In this document: positions 54,711 to 64,000 of the stretch, one piece after another
Layout: each line of letters opens with the position of its first letter
How positions within the stretch are numbered: position 1 is the first letter of the stretch
Source of the DNA: Octopus bimaculoides
Lineage: Eukaryota
Assembly: GCF_001194135.2 (NCBI RefSeq)
Contig: NC_068990.1
Location: 29,230,164 to 29,294,163 of the forward strand
DNA length: 64,000 nt
Direction of reading: 5' to 3'
Translations under genes and position numbers: made by a program
The notes under the pieces: model-generated
Databases searched by the model: none
Seen by the model: the letters and a program-made list of their open reading frames with translations, nothing else
What the model was told of the DNA's origin: nothing

Positions 54711-54783
54711 GGTTCCATGGTGTAGTGATTATCAGATCTGTTTAACACGCAGAAGGTCGTGAGTTCGTAACTTGCTGGAACCT
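54711..54783 (+). tRNA. tRNA-Val(AAC)-like sequence, probable pseudogene
   Basis: 73 nt; acceptor stem GGTTCCA/TGGAACC is perfect; anticodon arm TCTGT TT AAC AC GCAGA; T-loop TTCGTAA; D-loop GG changed to GA, a D-stem mismatch and two G-U pairs in the T-stem; followed by TTTCTTTT. Confidence 0.7.
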
Positions 54784-54794
54784 AAGTTTCTTTT

Positions 54795-54960
54795 AGGCGC
54801 AGATGTGGCTGTGTGGTAAGAAGCTCGCTTCCCAATCACATGATTCCGGGTTCAGTCCCACTGAGTGGCACCTTAGGCAAGCGTCTTCTACTAAAGCCTC
54901 AAACCGACCAAAGCCTTGTGAGTGGATTTGGTAGACGGAAACTGAAGGAAGCCCGTCGTT
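54795..54960 (+). mobile_element. SINE family A, 5' half
   Basis: GGCGCAGATGTGGCTGTGTGGTAAGAAG...GGAAACTGAAGGAAGCCCGTCG. Confidence 0.9.
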
Positions 54961-55009
54961 TATATGTGTGTGTGTGTGTGTGTAACCACAATGTAACCAC
55001 ATGTGAATA

Positions 55010-55165
55010 GCTGGCGATTTTTTTCCTCTTAGACTTTCCTCTGTCTCCTGTTTCTGAAGATCTTTGCTCGAAACGTAAAACCACCTTTCTTTCCTTCACT
55101 GAGCGTCTGCTAATACTTTACATGTACCACGTCCTCGCGTTGCTGCCTTTTTGTGTTTATTCTTC
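55010..55165 (+). mobile_element. Family E-related repeat with hammerhead relic (55050-55081)
   Basis: GTTT CTGAAGA TCTTTGCTC GAAA CG TA AAAC, then CTGAGCGTCTGCTAATAC as in family E; stem II is broken. Confidence 0.55.
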
Positions 55166-55184
55166 GTTTTTGGGGGATTTGTAG

Positions 55185-55280
55185 CAGAAGATGTTTTCCC
55201 AAATTGCTATGCAGTAGGATTGAACCTGAAACTTCATATTTGGGAAGTAAGCTTCATACCACATCACCATGCCTGCGCTT
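55185..55280 (-). mobile_element. SINE family A head fragment
   Basis: Reverse complement of the family A head; another head lies at 55620-55695. Confidence 0.65.
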
Positions 55281-55945
55281 ATATGATGTTTATCTTAAAA
55301 CAGTGTTTATGTCTTGTAAGGTTATTGAAGTTGCAGTGATTTCTCTGTGAGTTTCTTATACCTGTTCGGTCTGAGCTGCTACTGTAGTCGTTTTCGGCGT
55401 TGTTGCATACTTTGGCTGATATTTTGAAGTGATTTTAAGAGTTGAATATCCAGCGGCAACTATTTGTAACCATCGCATATCCAAATGGTTTTTCACACTC
55501 GGTATTTTTGTTTCCTTATGTAGGCAGTCTCTGTGAATGTAATGAATCTATAAGCTCACGTGATTTGTAATACGCTTTTTCATTTACCTCATGATTCATT
55601 GCAGTTTGTTGTGGATATAATGGTGCTACACTGTGGGACTGAACCCGTAACCATGTGGTTGGTAAGCAAGCTACTTACTCCACTACCACTCCTGCTCCTG
55701 TTGTTGTTGTTGTTATATGTTTGTTTAACATTCCATTGGGATCGACAAGCTGTTAGTTTCATTTTAGACCTGTGGTCCGCCATATTTTTATATTTTGCTG
55801 GTCTCACTATCACTATTCAGTGTTATAAGAAATACTTCTGCGTGTCGAATAAATATATTTCAACTAACCTCCAAACTGTGATTATCCTTTTCTATTCTAA
55901 GCACAATTTGGGGGGGGNNNNNNNNNNNNNNNNNNNNNNNNNNNN

Positions 55946-56075
55946 GGGGAGGGGCCAGTCAATTACATCGACCCCAGTACGCAGCTGATACTTAATTTTT
56001 CGACCCCGAAGGGATGAATAGCGAAGTCGACCTCGGCGGAATTTGAACTCAGAGCGTAAAAACAGACGACATGCC
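55946..56075 (-). mobile_element. SINE family D
   Basis: CGACCCCGAAGGGATGAA...GTCGACCTCGGCGGAATTTGAACTCAG. Confidence 0.85.
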
Positions 56076-56770
56076 GAATAGACGCGTTTGGGCCATGATG
56101 TGTCTGATATAATTTGTACGATACTGTTGTTGTAATTCACTCTATGCTGTACAAATGGTTGCTTTCGTCTGAGCGTTGTTTTGCTTTCTTTATTGTGTAC
56201 ACAAGGTGGGAAGTGAATATCGTGGCGTTGTTCGTAACTCCTGTTCTTTGTGTGTGCATTGTGCTTGTGTTCATGAATGGTACTTGGTTACCTTTGATGT
56301 CCTCAGGTACAGCCGACAAAAAATGTTTGCAAGTTATATCATTTGACGTTGTTACTGTCACTCGGGTTACTGCATAGCTGTTGTTGTTGTCGTTGTTGTT
56401 GTTATTGACGCTGTTAATTATTCTATAGAATGTTTTATTATTAATTTCATGATTTTTGACGAATACAATTGGCCAGTTTTCTGTTTTTGTTTCATTTAAT
56501 TCTTTTTTTTTTTTATTTTGATGTTGAATTCTATTTCAACCATGTTTATGTTGTATCGTATTTTCTCAACATTTCTATCCCTGCTTTGTAATTGGGTGTC
56601 TTATGTTTCTAAGTTTTTTCAGTTTATCTTTTAGATGTGTCTCTAAATATTTTGCTGATTGTATATCATGCTGTCTCTCTGAACAATTGTGACGATGGTC
56701 AGTTCTGAAGAAACTTCATTCTCTACATTATTTACATTTGACGGATACTTGTCCTCATCTTGCTTGTTAT

Positions 56771-56812
56771 CACAACATTTCGGCTGATTTACTCTCCAGC
56801 CTTCATCAGGTG
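56771..56812 (-). ncRNA. Minimal type I hammerhead ribozyme, family H
   Basis: CAC CTGATGA A GGCTG GAGAGTAAAT CAGCC GAAA TG TT GTG. Confidence 0.65.
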
Positions 56813-56869
56813 TCCTGGTGGAATTTTGAACCCAACCCTAGGTTCTCATTCCTAAGATATTTTTGCTGA

Positions 56870-56903
<34 letters not shown>

Positions 56904-56904
56904 T

Positions 56905-57004
56905 ATTCAAGGTACTGCCTGGAATTGAACTCGCAATCTTGAGTTTAAGAGCCCACGGGCATATAGCGTAATGGTTAAGAGCGAGTTCAATTCCAGGAAG
57001 TACC

Positions 57005-57010
<6 letters not shown>
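56905..57010. mobile_element. Head-to-head pair of tRNA-derived mini-SINEs
   Basis: 30-bp arms 56905-56934 and 56981-57010 are inverted with 2 mismatches; flanked by (ATT)n and (AAT)n. Confidence 0.7.
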
Positions 57011-57065
<55 letters not shown>

Positions 57066-57068
<3 letters not shown>

Positions 57069-57258
57069 CAGTTACAACAGAAACAGGAAGCAAGAGTAAG
57101 AGAAAGTTGTGTTGAAAGAGTACAGCAGGTTCGCCACCCCCACCCGCCCCCTCGTGAAGCTTTAGGTGTTTTCGCTCAATAAACACTCACAACGCCCGGT
57201 CTGGGAATCGAAACCGCGATCCTATGATTGCGAGTCCGTTTCCCTAACCACTGGACCC
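57066..57258 (-). mobile_element. SINE family C, 5' half
   Basis: Matches 10965-11166. Confidence 0.85.
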
Positions 57259-57884
57259 TNNNNNNNNNNATATATATATGTGTGTGTGTGTGTGTGTATG
57301 CATGTATATATGTGTGTATTTATATACATATATATATGTGCGGGTATGTGTGTCTCATAACGCTATTGTAAAAGAACCTGTCTCGTCTGATTTGAGTTTA
57401 ATTTAAAATGGTAAATGTCTCGTGTTAAGTTTGTAAGAATGTTTTCCGAATAATGAATATCGAAAGTGACGATAAAATCTTTTATTTCCCTAGAAGTATT
57501 TTTTAATTCCATTAATGTTGTGTTGTTTATTTTTGTGTGAGTAATGTTTATTTTTAGATGTATTAAGTGTGGAGTTGTTACGTTGAGAAGGGAGATAAAA
57601 ATAGTACTTCCTGTTTAAATTTTTGTTGTTGCTATTAATTTTATTGTTATTTTTCCAATAAATCATTATTTTTCTCAGTTGTTTGCAAATATTATTTGGT
57701 CATTGGCTGTTGTATTTGTGAAGGTTTTCAAAACTTTCTAAAACAATTTTATTTAGTTTAGCGACAAACGTCGTTTTCTGACGGCGGCGTTTGCAGTGAT
57801 TGTAAAAACATACTTCTGCGTGTCGAATAAATATATTTCAACTAAGCTCCAAACTGTGATTATCCTTCTCTATTCTAAGCACAA

Positions 57885-58070
57885 TTTTGGGGGAGGGAGC
57901 CAGTCGATTAGATTAACCCCAGTACGCAGCTGGTACTTAATTTTTCGACCCCGAAAGGATGAATGGCGAAGTCGACCTCGGCGGAATTTGAACTCAGAGC
58001 ATAAAGACAGACGAAATACCGCTATGCATTTCGCCGGGCGTGCTAACGTTTCTGTCAGCTCACCACCTTC
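57885..58070 (-). mobile_element. SINE family D
   Basis: Matches 4100-4271. Confidence 0.85.
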
Positions 58071-58122
58071 CAAACGGTGATTATCCTGGCATTCTTTTTT
58101 CCATATTATATCCTTTATTGCA

Positions 58123-58385
58123 AAGGCGCGTGGCGTAGTGCTTAGGTATGTTACACTCACAATCGTGAGATTGTAGGTTCGATTCCGGATCGAGTGCGCG
58201 TTGTGTCTTTGAGCAAAACACTCCGGTGCACTCAGCTTTAAATGGTAACCCTGCAACGGACTAGCCTTCCAATCTGAGGGAATGTTACCCTGTTTGTCTA
58301 GCGAGTGAGGAGGCATCATTCGAAAGCTAAAATGATGCAAAGCGATGCATAACACCATCCGATAGTCTGGTCTGTCACGTGACCA
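58123..58385 (+). mobile_element. tRNA-headed SINE with CORE-like and V-domain-like segments
   Basis: GGCGCGTGGCGTAGTG...GGTTCGATTCC, TTGAGCAAAACACT, then CCCTGCAACGGACTAGCCTTCCAATC. Confidence 0.6.
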
Positions 58386-59574
58386 TAATACACATTATTA
58401 TTGCCGCTGATTTTTTATAATACTGTTGCCATTGCCGTTGAGGCGATTATAGCTGTTTACAGTGTTCTTAACGACATAAACTAGAGCTAGAAACTTGTGA
58501 GCAGTTCAAATATGTTCGAGGCATATTCAAAACCGCAAGAAAGCCATTCTTGTTGTAAACAAATAGATTTAAATACATTAAGTCAGTCAAGCCCGCCCTC
58601 TACACATATCGTTGGATGAATGCATTTTAGAGTAGTTATCTCCTCTTCACCATCGGACTCTGGAAAGTGAGGCGCGATCCGGGCTGCCGATCAGCGAAAT
58701 CAGCCACAGTACTTTGACTAGAATCTAATAAGTCCTGATCACTCGTTGTCAGTTCGCAACGCCTCGCTTTCAAGTGTACGATGTTGAGGAGGAAATAACT
58801 ACACCGAAATACATGCATCCATCGATGCAGGTAGAGGATATTCTCGATTGACCTGGTGTGTTTACACCTATTTGTCTACAATGAGTATTTTCTCCTTCTC
58901 AAAATACAGTGAATGGGTTTTTTACATGTTGGAATATGCCTCAAACGTATTTAAAGTGGATACAAGCTTATATTTGCACACATCACTGCTAAGCGCTTCT
59001 AATCCGTATAAACAACGACTATAACACATCAGCCCTGTTGAAGTAAAATTATTATCAAAGGCGCTCCAGAAGCGGCCATTCTCCTTTCCTGTTTATTATT
59101 ATCAATTATTAGATATGCAACGTATATCCAAAAATATACAATGATATACAATATCCACTTTGCTGTTTTTTGCAGAAGAGTGTCATTTTAAGGAATATTT
59201 AGCTGCTATTACTATCGAGTCGAGTAAACTTGTTGACGTTGTTCTTACTGTTGTTGCTTTCTATGTATCCTACGATCAGCCCAGATTTAGGATCACAGAC
59301 TAGTCGGAGTGCTCCAACTACGATCATCTCATTTTGTTTTAAATGTATGAAATTTAGTTATTATTTCTAGCAAGTAGAGCGACCATATAGTGGTTTGTTC
59401 TCTGGTTTATCAAATGGATGGATACAATGTGGTAATCTGGTCTTATTGTATTAATCATTCATTATACAGTTTGTTTTCTATGATTGTAGATCAGCTAAAT
59501 TTGGATTAATCTGGGTCAACGACAATTTCACCGATCTGAGACAACCTTTAAAATATTACAACCTGTAAAATATT

Positions 59575-59965
59575 CGCCATTTTCTTCTTCTTCTTCTTCT
59601 TCGTCTTCTTCTTCCATTTCTTCGTTTTCTTCTTCCATTTCCTCGTTTTCTTCTTCTTCTTCTTCTTCTTTTTCTTCTTCTTCTTCTTCTTCTTCTTCTT
59701 CTTCTCCTCTTTATTTTTTCTTCTTCGTCATCGTCTTTCCTCCTCTTCCTCCTTCTTTTTCTTCTTCCCCTCCTCCTTCATTTTCCTTCCTCTTCATCAT
59801 CATCATCTTTCCTCCTCTTCCTCCTTCTTTTTCTTCTTTCCACTCCCCCTCCTTTTTCTTTTTCCCTCCTCTTTTTTCTTCTACGTCGTCGTCGTCTTCT
59901 TTTTTCCTCCTCCTCCATTTTTCTTTTTCCCCTCCTCCTTCTTTTTGTTCTCCCCTCCTCATTCT
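59575..59965. repeat. (CTT)n/(CCT)n pyrimidine tract
   Basis: Direct reading. Confidence 0.9.
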
Positions 59966-60249
59966 TCTTGGAGGGAGACGTTCTGCTTTGTTTTTTACTG
60001 TTTTTGCTCCGCTCATTGGTGATGAGGTTATAGCTGCTATTTAATTAATTTATTTATTTATCTGACTCGTTTATTTCCTCGTGAGGTTTACCTCCCTTTC
60101 GGTATGAATAATTTTACAAAGTATTCGAATGAAAACAAAGCAAATTTGATGTTTACAGAGGAATCAGTGACTGACAAGGAAATCACGTGATACGGTGTCA
60201 TATGACATATCAATCCTTGCTATGAGAGAAAAAGGAACGGATCGGGTGA

Positions 60250-61015
60250 GACGGAGAGAGAAAGACAGAGACAGATAGACAGACAGACAGAGACAGATAG
60301 ACAGACAGACAGAGACAGATAGACAGACAGACAGAGACGGAGAGAGAGAGACAGACAGAGACAGATAGACAGACAGACAGACAGAGACAGATAGACAGAC
60401 AGACAGAGACAGAGAGGGGGGAATATTTACGAACGGATTCATAGATTGTGATATGGAAACAATGGTGAGAGAGGGAGGGAGATTATGTAAGAGATTGGAA
60501 GAAGGTGTGAAAGAAACCTGAAGAGAAAAGATGAAAGTTAGATTAAGAGAGTAAGAAATATGGAGAAATTTCGAGGAATAAAAATGAGACGAAGAAGACA
60601 TGGTTGGGATATGGAAAAGGACGGAGAGTTCTAGGTGAGGAGAAAAGTGAGGGAGAGAGAGAGAAAGAAATTTAGGTAATAAGAAAATGGGAGATTTCAT
60701 GAAGGATGAAGAAAGAGAGAGAGTGGGAGAGAGAATGAAAAAGAGAGAGAAGGAGAAAGATAGAGAGATAAACAGAAACAGTAAGATGGATGAAGAAAGA
60801 TAGAGAGAGGAAGACTTCGAGATTGAGAACAAATGAGAGATAATAGAACAAACGCAAAGAGATGGAGAGAGAGAGAGGAAGAGAGAGAGGAGAGAGGAGA
60901 GAGGAGAGAGAGAGAGAGAGATGGAGGAAGAGAGAGAGAGAGATGGAGGAAGAGAGAGAGAGAGAGAGAGGAAGAGAGAGAGAGGAAGAGAGAGAGAGGA
61001 AGAGAGAGAGAGGAA
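60250..61015. repeat. (GA)n/(GACA)n purine-rich tract
   Basis: Direct reading. Confidence 0.9.
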
Positions 61016-62035
61016 NNNNNNNNNNNNNNNNNNNNNNNNNNNNNNNNNNNNNNNNNNNNNNNNNNNNNNNNNNNNNNNNNNNNNNNNNNNNNNNNNNNNN
61101 NNNNNNNNNNNNNNNNNNNNNNNNNNNNNNNNNNNNNNNNNNNNNNNNNNNNNNNNNNNNNNNNNNNNNNNNNNNNNNNNNNNNNNNNNNNNNNNNNNNN
61201 NNNNNNNNNNNNNNNNNNNNNNNNNNNNNNNNNNNNNNNNNNNNNNNNNNNNNNNNNNNNNNNNNNNNNNNNNNNNNNNNNNNNNNNNNNNNNNNNNNNN
61301 NNNNNNNNNNNNNNNNNNNNNNNNNNNNNNNNNNNNNNNNNNNNNNNNNNNNNNNNNNNNNNNNNNNNNNNNNNNNNNNNNNNNNNNNNNNNNNNNNNNN
61401 NNNNNNNNNNNNNNNNNNNNNNNNNNNNNNNNNNNNNNNNNNNNNNNNNNNNNNNNNNNNNNNNNNNNNNNNNNNNNNNNNNNNNNNNNNNNNNNNNNNN
61501 NNNNNNNNNNNNNNNNNNNNNNNNNNNNNNNNNNNNNNNNNNNNNNNNNNNNNNNNNNNNNNNNNNNNNNNNNNNNNNNNNNNNNNNNNNNNNNNNNNNN
61601 NNNNNNNNNNNNNNNNNNGTAACGTTGATCCCCTGATTTAAGATGTTTGGTTTTTAAAAGTCTCTGCCGTGTTAAGCTACAAAGTCAGCAAATGGAAGTG
61701 TGTGTCGAATGGGGGGTAAAGAGGGGGGAGTCTCATGTAGTCACGTGGTTCAAGAGCTGTAGTGTGAGGAGGCGCTGAAAAGATGGAAGTTCAATCATTA
61801 ATCATGATATCATTGATTGATTGAATGTCTAAGAGGATTTACTGAGTTAATCGGGCTTTTAATTCAGTCTTTGGAAAGAAATTTGCAATTTCCAGTCAGT
61901 TTAATAATCCGGAGCTTGTTTACATTTACTACCATCATCATCATCATCATCGTCATCCTCATCGTCATCGTCGCCATCATCATCATCACCAACATTATTT
62001 GTCTATCCGTAGCAAGTAAAAATATTATCATTATT

Positions 62036-62106
<71 letters not shown>

Positions 62107-62577
62107 TATTACTATTATTATTATTATCATTGCCTTTGCACAGCTTCTAACGTTGGAGATGTACTACAGTGCCAGTTGTTCACTACCAGTGAACTAAGGT
62201 AACACCTTTATTTTTCGTATGTATATTTCTATGCATACCAGTGTGTGCGCACACACGCATGCGCGTAACATGTGCATTTGTGCGCGTGCGTGAGTCTACA
62301 CGCGCAAAACATGCGTTGGAGATTGGTAAGCGTTAAGAATTGGTAGTTCTTGTTCACCATGCGATATTTTCCAACTAACTATTACCCATATACCAACATC
62401 AAACCAAGACACCACGTAACCTTCCTCGACCAATCGCAGCCCATCTTACGGCAATAGCAATCAGTTTCTGTCATTCAAAATGGCTGACGACTAGCATCAC
62501 GCTTGAAACTTGACAGTACCAACAAAATTTAATAAAACTCTTTTTATTCATATATATATATTGACCGCTAAATCCAC

Positions 62578-62766
62578 CGCCATGATTGACTGCTAAATCC
62601 ATATTTTTTTCATTCTCTCTCTGTTTATTTTCTCTTATTCCTTTCTGTTGAGGAGCGTAGGCTCGAAACGTAAAAGACTTTCTCACATTCCCGAGCGTCA
62701 AACTAATACACCTGCTTGTTGTTTATACACCTGTCTTCGTCTTTTGTTTTTCTGTAAATTTCAACT
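62578..62766 (+). mobile_element. Repeat family E with variant hammerhead (62641-62676)
   Basis: CTTT CTGTTGA G GAGC GTAG GCTC GAAA CG TA AAAG; the unit runs from CGCCATGAT to TGTAAATTTCAAC and ends in (TA)n. Confidence 0.75.
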
Positions 62767-62795
62767 ATATATATAGCTATATATATGCATGTATG

Positions 62796-62828
<33 letters not shown>

Positions 62829-62832
<4 letters not shown>

Positions 62833-63210
62833 GCACCCCGTCGGTTACGACGACGAGTGTTCAAGTTGATCTGATCAACGGAACAGACTACTCGTAAAAT
62901 TGATGTGCAAGTAGCTGAGCAATGCACAGACACGTGTACCCTTAACTTAGTTCTCGGGGAGATTCAGCGTGACACAGAGTGTGACAAGGCTGGCCCTTTG
63001 AAATACAGGTACAACGGAAACAAGAAGAGAGAGTGAGAGAAAGTTATGGGGAAAGAGTAGAGCAGGGTTCGCCACAACCCCCTGCCGGATCTTCGGGGAG
63101 CTTTAGGTGTTTTCGCTCAATAAACACTCTCAACGCCCGGTCTGGGAATCGAAACCGTGATCCTATGATCGCGAGTCCGCTGCCCTAACCAACGTGTCAT
63201 TGCGCCTCTA
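62829..63210 (-). mobile_element. SINE family C, near full length
   Basis: Colinear with 10788-11166. Confidence 0.88.
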
Positions 63211-64000
63211 CAAGTATGTATGTATATATATATATATGCTTATATNNNNNNNNNNNNNNNNNNNNNNNNNNNNNNNNNNNNNNNNNNNNNNNNNNNNNNN
63301 NNNNNNNNNNNNNNNNNNNNNNNNNNNNNNNNNNNNNNNNNNNNNNNNNNNNNNNNNNNNNNNNNNNNNNNNNNNNNNNNNNNNNNNNNNNNNNNNNNNN
63401 NNNNNNNNNNNNNNNNNNNNNNNNNNNNNNNNNNNNNNNNNNNNNNNNNNNNNNNNNNNNNNNNNNNNNNNNNNNNNNNNATATATATATATATATAGTA
63501 TGCGCATGCAGAACAGTGGGCGTCCAAACGATATATCTATTCAGTCTTAATGCATTTCGGTATATAATATTTGAATTATATGTAAATAATCATAAACGGG
63601 TTTGTGCTCGACCCAAGGCATCACAACGTTTAGTTTCATCATTTGACATTTTAGCATGCAGAGTTCAAGTTGTCACCATGCTGAATTTTTCTTTCATTCC
63701 TCAAAGGACAACAAAATAACTAATAATTGAATCAGTTCTCTGCAATCCTTACAGAAAGTTTAACAATGCTTCTTATCATCAAAAGAATTCAATTTCTTAA
63801 CGAAATGGGTGCCTTTGAATCGTATTCAAAAATTTATTTTGTTTTCGTTTTTTTTTCTTTGTTATTTTTGTTTGTTTTTTGTTACTATTTTTACCATGTG
63901 CTTTATTAAATTTAAATTTATATTTATTGAAAGAATTCTTTTTTCAAATGTAAACGTTTGACAATGTTCATGAGTTAATGGTTTTAAAATAAATTCTTTG

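Noticed and set aside
62400-62500. CCAAT and YY1-like motifs as a promoter
   Set aside because: Short motifs occur by chance and no downstream exon was found.

Overview
Animal genomic DNA, most likely an octopus (inferred from the very high microsatellite density and the SINE families). About 30 N-gaps total roughly 9.7 kb, and most sit in microsatellites. No intact host protein-coding gene could be identified. The long ORFs in the supplied track are simple-repeat or gap artefacts. The window is a graveyard of mobile elements: at least four tRNA-headed SINE families (about 30 copies or fragments), four relics of restriction-like-endonuclease (R4/Dong-like) LINEs, two mariner relics, a pogo/Tigger-like deletion derivative, fold-back MITEs, a zinc-knuckle ORF1-only retroelement and two decayed Penelope-like element (PLE) ORFs. 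The main finding is a set of minimal type I hammerhead ribozyme motifs from at least three unrelated short repeat families. One copy (30580-30622, minus strand) is fully canonical with a palindromic stem III of the dimer-cleaving type, and it shows stem II covariation with a sister copy at 28322-28364. Another family has a shared non-canonical core (CUGUUGA). A tRNA-Val(AAC)-like pseudogene, an isolated 5.8S rRNA motif, several long hairpins and two weak exon candidates are also present.
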